A DNA stretch of 64,000 bases from an uncultured bacterium. Lineage in GTDB: Bacteria > Planctomycetota > UBA1135 > GCA-002686595. Numbering within the stretch: the stretch's first letter is position 1; the number at the start of each line of letters is the position of its first letter. Both the position numbers and the translations under genes were made by a program. The stretch spans positions 512,001 through 576,000 of the forward strand of contig CALSNU010000004.1 in NCBI GenBank assembly GCA_943787795.1. Reading direction: 5' to 3'. This document shows, in pieces, positions 45,776 through 55,073 of the stretch. The notes under the pieces are model-generated. The model worked only from the letters and a program-made list of their open reading frames with translations. It was not told the origin of the DNA and did no database searches.

Positions 45776-48271
45776 TCAGCGCATGGAGCACCAGGCCCCC
45801 TGCCCGGAGCCGATCGGGCTGCCCGGAGGGGCCTCAGGCGCCCTGGCCGCCGGCGAGAGCGCGGGGTCCGACACGGACCGGTCGAGGACCTGCTGGACCT
45901 CAACCTGGAGGTCACCGAGGCCCGTGTGCTTCGCCACGGCGGGGTCCGCTGCGAACGCGGCGAGGGCCGGTCGGAGGGCCGCTCGAACCACCCGCGGGGT
46001 CCCCGCACGGAGGTACGTCGACAAGGCCTCCTCGGCGACGACTGCCAGCACCACCTCTCGAAGCGCCTGCTCCTCATGATCGATGGCGTCCGCGGGATAT
46101 GCGGGCGCCGAGGCCGCCGGCTGCTGGGTCAACGTGAAGATCATGGAGACCATCGACCCCGCGTCCACCGGCGGCCGGTCCACGGCCGCTGACTCCGCAG
46201 CCTGTAGCTCGAGTCGCATCAGCCGCTGTGGCTCCAGCAAACCCGAGACCGTCAACCGAGCCGCCACCTCCGCGGCCCCGAGCCAGTCGAAGGCCACCCC
46301 GGCGTCTCGCGCGAACACCTCTCGAGAGCTCCCGTACCCCGGCGGGCGGGGATAGAGCAGGCGCCGGACCGACGCAGGAATCGAGAGCGTCTGGGGACTG
46401 AGGGTCTCCATCAGAGCTCTGAAGGCTCGCGTCTGGTCGGCGCCGGACACCGGGCGCATGGGCCTCGGCCGCCCGTTGTTGACCTCGTGCTCGTACAGCA
46501 CACCGCCGACCATCTTGACCGCCGCGTCCACCTGGTACCGGTGGTGGAGGTAGAGCGGCACGAAGACCTCCTCGAGCTCGGCCACGGGTCGGCCGTTGGC
46601 GAGGTTGCTGGCTCCGAAGCGGCGCAGGGCGACGCTGCGCACGTCCAGCGCTTCGCGGAGCGCCTGAACAGGATCGTCTCCGTCATCCCAGAGGTTGGCG
46701 TAGGGCTGCGCCGCACCCGCGGAGCGAGCGTCCTGGTCAGTCAAGTACCGAAGCCCGCGGTCGACCGCGCGGCGGCTCAGGCGGTCGTTGAAGTCTGCCG
46801 CGGACTCGCCCGCCGGGATGGGCGCGTAGAGCATGCGGATGGCGTGCAGATCCCAGGCTCCAACGCCGACGCCGTAGGCATCAGAGACGTCCAATCCGCC
46901 CCTCCCGTCCGGACGAATCCGCGGGGCGGGGTAGTCCATCACCGACGCCCGCTCCGAGGCGCTGGCGGCGAAGTTGTGGGCGAGCCCAAGGGTGTGGCCG
47001 ACCTCGTGCGCGGCGAGCTGGCGGATACGCGCCAGCGCCAGCTCGGTCGGGTCGTCGAGGGAGCCCGACCCGGTCCTCCCGGCCCCGAGCATGCCCTCGA
47101 AGAGGAGACGATCCTGCCGCACGCGGAGCGAGCCGAGGCTGACGTGGCCTTTGATGATCTCACCCGTCCGCGGGTCGCTGATCGCGTTGCCGTAGCTCCA
47201 ACCCCGCGTGGAGCGGTGCACCCACTGGATCACATGATGGCGTACGTCGAGGGGGTCAAGGTCATCGGGAGCCACCTCGACCCGGAAGGCACCGGGGTAT
47301 CCCGCCTGCTCGAAGGCCTCGGCCCACCACGACGCGCCCTCCACCAGCGCCGAGCGCACGGGCTCGGGAGCCGCCGCGTCGACGTAGTAGACGATGGGTT
47401 CCACCGCGCCGGTCTCGGGGTCCACGGTGAGGCGGTGCCGCACCGCGAGGCGCTGGGTGAGCGGGACGTCGAGGGGCACCCCGTAGTCAAGATAGCGGAG
47501 AGAGAAGGCCCCCATCCGCGGGTCGAAGCGACGTGGCTCGTAGCCGCCATCCGGGAGCCTCAAGAAGCCCTGCCGCTGGATGAAGGTGAGCGCGGCGCCG
47601 TCGGGAGCGCTGCTTCGCGCCAGCGGGCCGGGCTTGTCCGAGGTGAAGGTGAGCAGCGCGCCGAATTCGATGTTGTCTGGGAACGCCCGGCAGCGGCCCC
47701 CATCCAGGGCAGAGCGCGCCTCGTCGAGCTTGTAGCTGCCCTGCCCCCGGCTGGACAAGGTGTTCTGAATGCCGTGGGCGTCCCGCACGAGGAAGGACGT
47801 GAGGTCGACCAGGACCCGGCCGTCCCGGGCGCGCTCGACGGGAGCCGCGCCCCAGAGCACCGAGCTGGCAAACGACTGCCGGGCCGCCGCCTGCTCGAGG
47901 GGTCCGCCCGAGGACGCCCGATAGTCGGTGTTCAACTGCTCCAGGAAGACCTTGCCCCCGAGACTGCGGAAGCGCACCAGGCGGGCTCCCCCCATCTGTC
48001 CTCGATCCAGGCCCACCTCGTTGGCCCCGAGCCCGGTCTCGATGCCCTCCACGTGGAGCAGCCGGACGTGCTCGCCGTCGGCCGCGGGGGCGGGGAGCCA
48101 GATCAAGGCTGCTCCCCCCTCGTCCTCCAGGCGCAGGTCCAGGAGGGGCGCGTCGCCTCCCTTGGCGGCGGCAGCGGGCCTCGCAGCGGTGGCGGTTCCC
48201 GAGGGCTGCCGGTCACCCGAGGCGCATGCGACGATCAGCCCCAGGCCGAGCACTTGAATGGCGTTCCTCAT
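45776..48271 (-). CDS. Zinc-dependent metalloprotease (metzincin), probable lipoprotein
   Basis: LIVAC lipobox-like signal; DPRTGEIIKG; HEVGHTLGLAH; SVMDY Met-turn. Confidence 0.9.
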   Translation of the reverse strand: MRNAIQVLGLGLIVACASGDRQPSGTATAARPAAAAKGGDAPLLDLRLEDEGGAALIWLPAPAADGEHVRLLHVEGIETGLGANEVGLDRGQMGGARLVRFRSLGGKVFLEQLNTDYRASSGGPLEQAAARQSFASSVLWGAAPVERARDGRVLVDLTSFLVRDAHGIQNTLSSRGQGSYKLDEARSALDGGRCRAFPDNIEFGALLTFTSDKPGPLARSSAPDGAALTFIQRQGFLRLPDGGYEPRRFDPRMGAFSLRYLDYGVPLDVPLTQRLAVRHRLTVDPETGAVEPIVYYVDAAAPEPVRSALVEGASWWAEAFEQAGYPGAFRVEVAPDDLDPLDVRHHVIQWVHRSTRGWSYGNAISDPRTGEIIKGHVSLGSLRVRQDRLLFEGMLGAGRTGSGSLDDPTELALARIRQLAAHEVGHTLGLAHNFAASASERASVMDYPAPRIRPDGRGGLDVSDAYGVGVGAWDLHAIRMLYAPIPAGESAADFNDRLSRRAVDRGLRYLTDQDARSAGAAQPYANLWDDGDDPVQALREALDVRSVALRRFGASNLANGRPVAELEEVFVPLYLHHRYQVDAAVKMVGGVLYEHEVNNGRPRPMRPVSGADQTRAFRALMETLSPQTLSIPASVRRLLYPRPPGYGSSREVFARDAGVAFDWLGAAEVAARLTVSGLLEPQRLMRLELQAAESAAVDRPPVDAGSMVSMIFTLTQQPAASAPAYPADAIDHEEQALREVVLAVVAEEALSTYLRAGTPRVVRAALRPALAAFAADPAVAKHTGLGDLQVEVQQVLDRSVSDPALSPAARAPEAPPGSPIGSGQGAWCSMR

Positions 48272-48358
48272 GGATCGAGGGTACGAATCCAGGGCTAGAT
48301 GACACCTTTCTGTGCGAGGAATGAGGGCGAGGTTCGCGTCTCGTCATACCCTCCTCGC

Positions 48359-50116
48359 ATGACCGGTCCCTCCCACACCGACGGCAGCCTCCAGGGGCTC
48401 TTTTCACCCAGCCAGGGAGGAGCCTCTGACGAGGAGACCCCCTCCGGCCTCGAGCCGCTGCTCGAAGAGAACCTCTGCACCCTCGTCGGGGATTCTGCCG
48501 GGGAGCAGCTCATCGAGCGCATCCTCTTCGCCGACAGCGGCAAGCACGTGATCATCGGTGGACCGAACCCGCCGCTCTACCGCTTCCGGGGCCGGCTGCG
48601 CGAGTTCCGCGTCCGGAAGAAGGAGCTCGAGGCGTCGGTCGCGGACGTCCAGGACGGTGAGACCGTCTTCCTGTTCGGCATCAGCCTCGGTGAACAGGCG
48701 GCGCACATCCTGCGCACACGACCCAACTGCAAGGTCATCGCCTGGGACCGAGACCCCTGGCTCATGCGGCTCGCCCTCACCGGCCAGGATTACAAGTACT
48801 CCCTGGGCACTGGGCGCCTGACGCTGGCCCTCGGCGCAGACCTCATCGACCACCTCCCCTCGATGCCCGGCTACCGGCTGGTGCTCCACCCGGTCCTGCG
48901 GGAGTTCTATGAGGACGAGCTGCTGCTCACCGAAGAGGCCACCCGCGGGGAACATCCCGGCGAGGAGCGACGGTGGGTCGGCCTCGGCATGGGCGGCGTC
49001 GTCTACAACGAGCTGAGCGCAGCCGTTCGGGCCGAGGGGTACTCGGTGTTCCCCCTCGAGGTCCGCCGCTGGGACCCCCGTGAGACCCGAATCGCGCTGA
49101 AGACGCTGCGCCCCGAGCGCGTGGTCACCATCAACTACGACTCGGAGGTCGCGGCGGTCTGCCACGAGCTCGACGTCCCGCTCGTCGCGTGGGAGGTGGA
49201 TCCCAAGACCGACCGCCCGCCCGTCCCGCCCGCCGGTGGCGAGGACTTCCGCGTCTTCTCGCTCCACCCCAAGGATGTGAGCCAACTCCAGCAGGCCGGC
49301 TTCTCCTCGGTGGACTACCTCCCCATCGGGGTCGACACGAACCGCCGCTTCCCCATCGAGCTCAGCGAGGAGGAGCGCAGCCGCTTCGCGGCCCGCGTCT
49401 GCTTCGTCGGCTCAAGCCTCATCGACCGGGCGCGACGCTTCAAGCGGCTGTTCCTTCAGCTGCACGCCTCCTTCAACTGCTCCGCCGACGAGAACTTCGA
49501 TGAGACCTCCGAGCGGCTCGAGGGGGTCCTCGCCGGCGAGCGGGCCAACTACGGGGTCTATGACGCCGATAACCTCCTCGAGGAGCAGTTCGGCGAGTTC
49601 CTCGAGGCGGCGCGGCGCAACGGGACGCCCGATGACCCGAAGAAGTGGGTCGCCGAGATCGTCGCGTCTCAGAAGCGAGTCGCCTACGTCTCAGCCCTGA
49701 GCGACTTCGGCATCCACGTCTGGGGGGATGAGCGCTGGAGCGAGGTCTCCGCCGCCGCCCCGGGCGTGCACTACCGCGGCCTCGCCGAACAAGGTCACGA
49801 GCTGACCTGCGTCTACAGCGGCGCCGAGGTGCACGTGGACGTCAACCGGATCTACCAGCCCGAGGCCATCCCCATGCGGGTGATCAACGTCATGGCCTGC
49901 GGCGGCTTCCTCATCGCAGAGCACTCTGACTCCATCGAGGAGCTGTTCGAGGTCGGTAAGGAGATCGAGACCTATCGCACGATCGACGAGCTGGAGACCA
50001 AGGTCGCCCACTTCCTCGAACACCCCGGGGAAGCGCGGGAGATCGCGCAGCGCGGGCTCGACGCCGTGCGTCAACGTCACACCATGCGCATTCGAGCCGC
50101 GAGATTGCTCGCCTGA
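48359..50116 (+). CDS. CgeB-like glycosyltransferase with a Maf-like N-terminal domain
   Basis: C-terminal YSGAEVHVD...MRVINVMACGGFLIAE...ELFEVGKEI..Y...HT...R; N-terminal VFLFGISLG...VIAWD. Start 48359 or 48299. Confidence 0.7.
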   Translation: MTGPSHTDGSLQGLFSPSQGGASDEETPSGLEPLLEENLCTLVGDSAGEQLIERILFADSGKHVIIGGPNPPLYRFRGRLREFRVRKKELEASVADVQDGETVFLFGISLGEQAAHILRTRPNCKVIAWDRDPWLMRLALTGQDYKYSLGTGRLTLALGADLIDHLPSMPGYRLVLHPVLREFYEDELLLTEEATRGEHPGEERRWVGLGMGGVVYNELSAAVRAEGYSVFPLEVRRWDPRETRIALKTLRPERVVTINYDSEVAAVCHELDVPLVAWEVDPKTDRPPVPPAGGEDFRVFSLHPKDVSQLQQAGFSSVDYLPIGVDTNRRFPIELSEEERSRFAARVCFVGSSLIDRARRFKRLFLQLHASFNCSADENFDETSERLEGVLAGERANYGVYDADNLLEEQFGEFLEAARRNGTPDDPKKWVAEIVASQKRVAYVSALSDFGIHVWGDERWSEVSAAAPGVHYRGLAEQGHELTCVYSGAEVHVDVNRIYQPEAIPMRVINVMACGGFLIAEHSDSIEELFEVGKEIETYRTIDELETKVAHFLEHPGEAREIAQRGLDAVRQRHTMRIRAARLLA

Positions 50117-50155
50117 CGACGACCGACCTCCGCCAAGATTCTTCGGATCAACCGG

Positions 50156-50183
50156 TTGAATCCTCGCGCCGGCGCTCTACTCT
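50156..50183 (+). promoter_or_regulatory. Candidate sigma-70 promoter of the his operon
   Basis: TTGAAT (50156) - 16 bp - TACTCT (50178), about 10 nt upstream of the leader ATG. Confidence 0.5.
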
Positions 50184-50193
50184 CCTCGCTCGC

Positions 50194-50259
50194 ATGAACG
50201 CCTCGATCAGCAACGCGTCCGTCCATCATCACCACGACCCCTCCCGGGTCGGGTGCTGA
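50194..50259 (+). CDS. hisL: His operon leader peptide (21 aa, MNASISNASVHHHHDPSRVGC)
   Basis: ATG 50194 to TGA 50257-50259 with four consecutive His codons (CAT CAT CAC CAC), directly upstream of hisG. Confidence 0.85.
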   Translation: MNASISNASVHHHHDPSRVGC

Positions 50260-50321
50260 GCACGCGTGTGACATAGACGTTCCACCGCTCAACGCCGGCC
50301 CACGGGCCGGCGTTCTTCGTT
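50230..50321 (+). promoter_or_regulatory. Transcription attenuator (pause, antiterminator and terminator hairpins)
   Basis: 1:2 hairpin CGACCC/GGGTCG (50235-50251); antiterminator 50246-50261 can pair with 50287-50301; terminator AACGCCGGCC-CACG-GGCCGGCGTT (50291-50314) followed by CTTCGTT. Confidence 0.8.
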
Positions 50322-50364
50322 GACGGCGGTTCGTGGGCTGGCCTCCCCCTACCTGGAAGCCGCC

Positions 50365-51285
50365 ATGACCCTCGAACTCGACTCCATCCCCGGAGCCGCC
50401 GCCACACGCGTCGGCAGCGGGACACTCGCCCCCCTCCGGCTCGCGCTCCCCAAGGGACGCCAGCAAGAACAGGTCATCCGCCTGCTCGCGGATGCCGGCG
50501 TCTCTGTGGCCATGGGCGGCCGCGCCTACCGGCCCACCGTCTCACTGCCTGCGGTTGAGACCAAGCTCCTGAAGCCGCAGAACGTCGTCGAGATGCTGGG
50601 CGTCGGGGCCCGCGATGTGGGCTTCGCCGGCGCCGACTGGGCCGAGGAGAAGGCCGCGCCGGTGGTCGAGCTCCTGGACACCAGGCTCAACCCCGTGCGG
50701 ATCGTCGCCGCCGCGCCGCCCGCGCTCCTGGATGACGACGGCAACTTGCCTCGCCGCCCGCTGGTGATCGCCACGGAATACCGACGCTTGACCGAGGCCT
50801 GGATCCGCGACACGGGAATCGACGCCAGGGTGCTGTCCACCTGCGGCGCCACCGAGGTCTTCCCCCCCGAGGACGCCGACCTGATCGTGGACAACTCCTC
50901 CACGGGGTCGACCCTGCAGGCCAACGGCCTCGACGTGATCGCCGAGCTGTTCTCATCCTCGACCCGGCTCTACGCCAGCGAGGCCGCCGCCGCTGATCCC
51001 GGTCGCCGAGCGCGCCTGGACGAGCTGGTGATGCTCCTCCGCTCGGTGCTCGACGCTCGCCAACGCATGATGCTCGAGCTCAACGTGGCCGCGGCGGACC
51101 TCGACGGGGTGCTCGACGTCCTCCCAAGCATGCGTCAGCCCACCATCGCCGCCCTGGGTGGCGAGGCCGGATTCGCCGTGCGCGCCGCGGTGCCCAGGGC
51201 GGCCATCGCCGACCTCGTCCCCCGACTGAAGCAGCTGGGCGGCAGCGACATTGTCCTCTCCGGCGTCAGCCAGCTGGTGCCCTGA
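50365..51285 (+). CDS. hisG: ATP phosphoribosyltransferase, long form
   Basis: LALPKGR, DVGFAGADW, IATEY, GATEVFP..DADLIVD..STGSTL.ANGL, C-terminal regulatory domain. Confidence 0.95.
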   Translation: MTLELDSIPGAAATRVGSGTLAPLRLALPKGRQQEQVIRLLADAGVSVAMGGRAYRPTVSLPAVETKLLKPQNVVEMLGVGARDVGFAGADWAEEKAAPVVELLDTRLNPVRIVAAAPPALLDDDGNLPRRPLVIATEYRRLTEAWIRDTGIDARVLSTCGATEVFPPEDADLIVDNSSTGSTLQANGLDVIAELFSSSTRLYASEAAAADPGRRARLDELVMLLRSVLDARQRMMLELNVAAADLDGVLDVLPSMRQPTIAALGGEAGFAVRAAVPRAAIADLVPRLKQLGGSDIVLSGVSQLVP

Positions 51286-53027
51286 TGTCGCCCTCCACCC
51301 TCAGCGCCGCGAGCTCCCCCACCAGCACCAGGGGGCCCGAAGCCAACTCTGGTGTCCGGGTGCCCTACCGGGCCGCCCGGCCCCTCGCTCCGTGCGACCT
51401 CTGGCTCGCGGGAAATGAAGGGCGCCCGCCTGAAGCGATCGAGCTCCGCGCCCCCTCGGACGAGCTCGGCCGCTACCCGTCATCCGCCTCACTCGAGGCC
51501 GCAGCGGCGGAGCGCTTCGGGGTGGCACCGGACCAGGTCCTCGCGACCGCCGGAGCCGACGACGGGCTCCTGCGCCTGTGCCTCGCCTTCCTCGAGGCTG
51601 GCCGCGAGCTGATCCTCCCTGCTCCGACGTTCGAGATGATCCCCCGCTATGCGGCTCTCGCCGGCGGCGAGATCGTCGAGGTGAGCTGGGAGGAGGGGTC
51701 CTCGTACCCGGTGGAGGCCGTGCTGCGCTCGATCACCCCGCGCACCTCGCTCATCGCCGTGGTCAGCCCCAACAACCCCACCGGCGCGGTTGCCCGCCCG
51801 CAGGACCTCAAGCGTCTCTCCGAGGCGGCGCCGAACGCCCTCCTCATCGTCGACCAGGCCTACGCGGAGTTCGCCGACGAAGACCTCACGGCTCCGGCGC
51901 TCGAGCTCCCCAACGCCGTGGTGCTTCGCACCATGTCCAAGGCCTATGGCTGCGCCGGGCTCCGCGTGGGCTTCACCCTCGGCGCCCCGAGGATCCTCGA
52001 GCTCCTCCGCGCCGCAGGCAACCCCTACCCCCTGGCGGCGAGCTCGCTCAACGCCGCGACCCAGCGTCTCTCGGACGACATCAGTCCGTCCGTGCAGCGG
52101 GTCCGGCGAGAGCGCGACGCGCTCCTCGCGACGGCGCAAGAGCTCGGCCTCGAGGCGTCCCCCAGCCAGGGCAACTTCGTGTTCATCCGCACTCCACGCG
52201 CCTCCACGATCCGCGACCTGATGGCGGGCCTCGGGGTCGCCATCCGAGCGTTCCCAGGCGTCCCCGGGCTCACCGACGCGCTTCGGATCACGCTCCCCGG
52301 TGACAGCGTGAGCTTCACGCGCCTGGATCAGGCGATCCGCTCAGTCCTGGCCCCCGACGCCCTCCTCTTCGACCTCGACGGAGTCCTCGCGGACGTCTCC
52401 AGCTCCTATCGGACCGCCATCCGCGAGACCGCGGCGACGTTCGGGGTCACGATCACCGACTCCGACGTCGCGGCGGCCAAGGCCGCAGGCGACGCCAATG
52501 ACGACTGGCGCCTGACGTGGAGACTCCTGGTCGACCGGGGCGTTGAGTGTTCCCTCGAAGAGGTCACTCTTCGCTTCGAGGCGCTCTATCAGGGGACGTC
52601 GACGGCGCCCGGCCTCCGCGAAGAGGAGTCGTTGCTCCTGGACCGCGAGAGCCTCAGGCGCCTCGCCGCCGAGCGGCCGCTCGCGGTGGTCACAGGCCGA
52701 CCCCGGTCAGACGCCCGGAGGTTCCTCGAGGAGCAGGGGATCGCCGACCTGTTTGGCGCGGTGATCACCCGGGATGACGCGCCGCTCAAGCCAGATCCCG
52801 AGCCGGTCCGCCGCGCCATGGACGCCCTCGGCGTGCGCACCGCCTGGATGATCGGCGACACGCGCGACGACGTCGAGAGCGCGCGCGCAGCCGGCGCCGT
52901 GCCGGTCGCCGTCCTCCCTCCGGGCGGCAGCGACAGCGCCCGGAGCACCCTCAAGGCTCAGCTATGCGCAGCAGGCGCCGGCGTCTGCCTGGACCGTACC
53001 ACCGAACTCGAGGAGCTCCTCCCGTGA
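51285..53027 (+). CDS. hisC: Histidinol-phosphate aminotransferase fused to a HAD phosphatase (probable histidinol-phosphatase)
   Basis: HisC motifs [39 protein letters not shown]; then HAD motifs [28 protein letters not shown]. Confidence 0.9.
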   Translation: MSPSTLSAASSPTSTRGPEANSGVRVPYRAARPLAPCDLWLAGNEGRPPEAIELRAPSDELGRYPSSASLEAAAAERFGVAPDQVLATAGADDGLLRLCLAFLEAGRELILPAPTFEMIPRYAALAGGEIVEVSWEEGSSYPVEAVLRSITPRTSLIAVVSPNNPTGAVARPQDLKRLSEAAPNALLIVDQAYAEFADEDLTAPALELPNAVVLRTMSKAYGCAGLRVGFTLGAPRILELLRAAGNPYPLAASSLNAATQRLSDDISPSVQRVRRERDALLATAQELGLEASPSQGNFVFIRTPRASTIRDLMAGLGVAIRAFPGVPGLTDALRITLPGDSVSFTRLDQAIRSVLAPDALLFDLDGVLADVSSSYRTAIRETAATFGVTITDSDVAAAKAAGDANDDWRLTWRLLVDRGVECSLEEVTLRFEALYQGTSTAPGLREEESLLLDRESLRRLAAERPLAVVTGRPRSDARRFLEEQGIADLFGAVITRDDAPLKPDPEPVRRAMDALGVRTAWMIGDTRDDVESARAAGAVPVAVLPPGGSDSARSTLKAQLCAAGAGVCLDRTTELEELLP

Positions 53028-53638
53028 CTGACACCCTGCCCATCGCCCGCGCCCCGCGGGTCACCAGCCGCCGCCGCGACACCGGCGAGACCTCGGTCGA
53101 GCTGCGCCTCAACCTCGACGGCACGGGCCGCGCCGAGGTCTCGACCGGGCTGCGTTTCCTGGACCACATGCTCGACGCCCTCGCGCGTCACGCACGCCTC
53201 GACTTGACCCTCAAGTGCGAGGGGGACCTGGACGTCGACGACCACCACACCGTGGAGGACTGCGCCATCGTCCTCGGCGGCGCCCTGGATGAGCTGCTCG
53301 GAGAGCGGCGCGGGATCACCCGCTTCGGGAGCGCGTATGCGCCCCTCGACGAGGCCCTCGCACGGGTCGTCGTGGACCTCTCCGGTCGCCCATGGCCAGA
53401 GGTCGATCTCGGCCTCCGCCGCGAGCGCATCGGGGCCGTGGCGTGCGAGAACCTGACCCACTTCCTCCAGACCCTCGCCATCGAGGGCCGCATGGCCCTG
53501 CACGTCGACGTCCTCCGCGGCGCCAACGATCACCACCGCGCCGAGGCTGCCTTCAAGGCCCTCGCCCTCGCCCTGCGCGAGGCCTTCACCCGCGACGGCG
53601 CCGACGCCGTGCCCAGCACCAAGGGGGTGCTCTCATGA
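53024..53638 (+). CDS. hisB: Imidazoleglycerol-phosphate dehydratase (monofunctional)
   Basis: [43 protein letters not shown]. Start GTG 53024. Confidence 0.96.
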   Translation: MTDTLPIARAPRVTSRRRDTGETSVELRLNLDGTGRAEVSTGLRFLDHMLDALARHARLDLTLKCEGDLDVDDHHTVEDCAIVLGGALDELLGERRGITRFGSAYAPLDEALARVVVDLSGRPWPEVDLGLRRERIGAVACENLTHFLQTLAIEGRMALHVDVLRGANDHHRAEAAFKALALALREAFTRDGADAVPSTKGVLS

Positions 53639-54273
53639 GACCTGAAGTTGTCCTCGTACGAACTGGCGTGGCGAATGTCGCGTCTGTCACCGCTGCCCTC
53701 CGGCGTCTTGGCGTCGAGCCGCGGCTCTCCGATGACCCGGGCGTGATCCGTGAGGCGGCCGCCGTCGTGCTCCCCGGCGTGGGTGCCTTCGGCGCCGGCA
53801 TGGAGCGGCTCGACGCCGCCGGGCTCGTGACGCCGCTGCGCGCCCGGGTGGAGCGTGGCGAGCCGACCCTCGCGATCTGTCTCGGTGTTCAGCTCCTCGG
53901 CATCGAGAGCGAGGAGGAGCCCGGCGTCCCCGGCCTCGGCGTCGCGCCCGCGCGCACGCGCAGGCTCATGGGTGCCCCTCGCCTCCCCCACTTCGGGTGG
54001 AACGAGGTGGCGCCGGACCCAGGCTGCACAATCATCCAGCCAGGGGAGGCGTACTTCGCCCACAGCTACCGCCTCGACGACTCTGCGGCTCTGGCGGCGG
54101 AGGGTTGGGCCGTCGCTCGCTCGAACGAAGGCGAGCCCTTCGTGGCCGCCATCGAGCGCGGCGCCGTGCTCGGGTGCCAGTTCCACCCTGAGCTCTCGGG
54201 GGCCTTCGGGGCGGCGCTGCTCGAGCGCTGGCTCGAGCGCGCGGCGGTCGCCTGTGCCGGGGGGGTCGCCTGA
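53635..54273 (+). CDS. hisH: Imidazole glycerol phosphate synthase, glutaminase subunit
   Basis: [36 protein letters not shown]. Start ATG 53635. Confidence 0.95.
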   Translation: MRPEVVLVRTGVANVASVTAALRRLGVEPRLSDDPGVIREAAAVVLPGVGAFGAGMERLDAAGLVTPLRARVERGEPTLAICLGVQLLGIESEEEPGVPGLGVAPARTRRLMGAPRLPHFGWNEVAPDPGCTIIQPGEAYFAHSYRLDDSAALAAEGWAVARSNEGEPFVAAIERGAVLGCQFHPELSGAFGAALLERWLERAAVACAGGVA

Positions 54274-55073
54274 TGGTCCGCCTCAGAGTCATTCCATGCC
54301 TCGACGTGAAGGACGGCAGGGTCGTGAAGGGTGTCCGCTTCCAGGGCCTCCGCGATGCTGGTGACCCCGTGGAGCGCGCGGTCGCCTACGAGGAGTCCGG
54401 GGCCGACGAGCTCTGCCTGCTCGACGTCTCGGCCACCCGCGAGGGGCGGGCGAGCGCCGTGGAGACCGTACGCGCCGTGCGCGCCGCGATCGGGATCCCG
54501 CTCACCGTCGGCGGCGGCGTACGGCGCGTCGAGGACGCCGCGCGGCTGCTCGACGCCGGCGCGGACAAGGTCGCGGTCAACACCGCCGCCCTCGAACGTC
54601 CAGAGCTCCTCTCCGAGATCAAGGCTCGCCTCGGTGCCCAGTGCACGATCCTCTCCCTGGACGCGGCGCGCCGCGGAGGAGCAGAGGACCCGGACAGCAG
54701 CCCGAGCTGGGAGGTGGTCGTCGCCGGAGGCACCCAGCGCACCGGGACCGACGCGATCCAGTGGGCGCGCCTCGCGGTGGGCCTCGGCGCCGGCGAGATC
54801 CTCGCCACCAGCTGGGACCGCGACGGGACAGGAGCGGGGTATGACGTCGAGCTCCTCCGCGCCCTGGCCGACGCCGTCCCTGTCCCGCTGATCGCCAGCG
54901 GCGGCGCCCGCACCACGGGCCACATGGAGACGGCCCTCGACGCCGGCGCGAGCGCCGTGCTCGCCGCCTCCATCTTCCACGACGGTTTGACGACCGTCAG
55001 CCAGGTCAAACTCGAGCTCGCCCGGTCCGGGCGCGATGTCCGCCTCCCCCTGTCTTCCCCCACTGCCCGATGA
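54273..55073 (+). CDS. hisF: Imidazole glycerol phosphate synthase, cyclase subunit
   Basis: RVIPCLDV, GADEL..LDV, PLTVGGGV, GADKVAVN, GAGEIL, DRDGT, IASGG, LAASIFH. Confidence 0.96.
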   Translation: MVRLRVIPCLDVKDGRVVKGVRFQGLRDAGDPVERAVAYEESGADELCLLDVSATREGRASAVETVRAVRAAIGIPLTVGGGVRRVEDAARLLDAGADKVAVNTAALERPELLSEIKARLGAQCTILSLDAARRGGAEDPDSSPSWEVVVAGGTQRTGTDAIQWARLAVGLGAGEILATSWDRDGTGAGYDVELLRALADAVPVPLIASGGARTTGHMETALDAGASAVLAASIFHDGLTTVSQVKLELARSGRDVRLPLSSPTAR

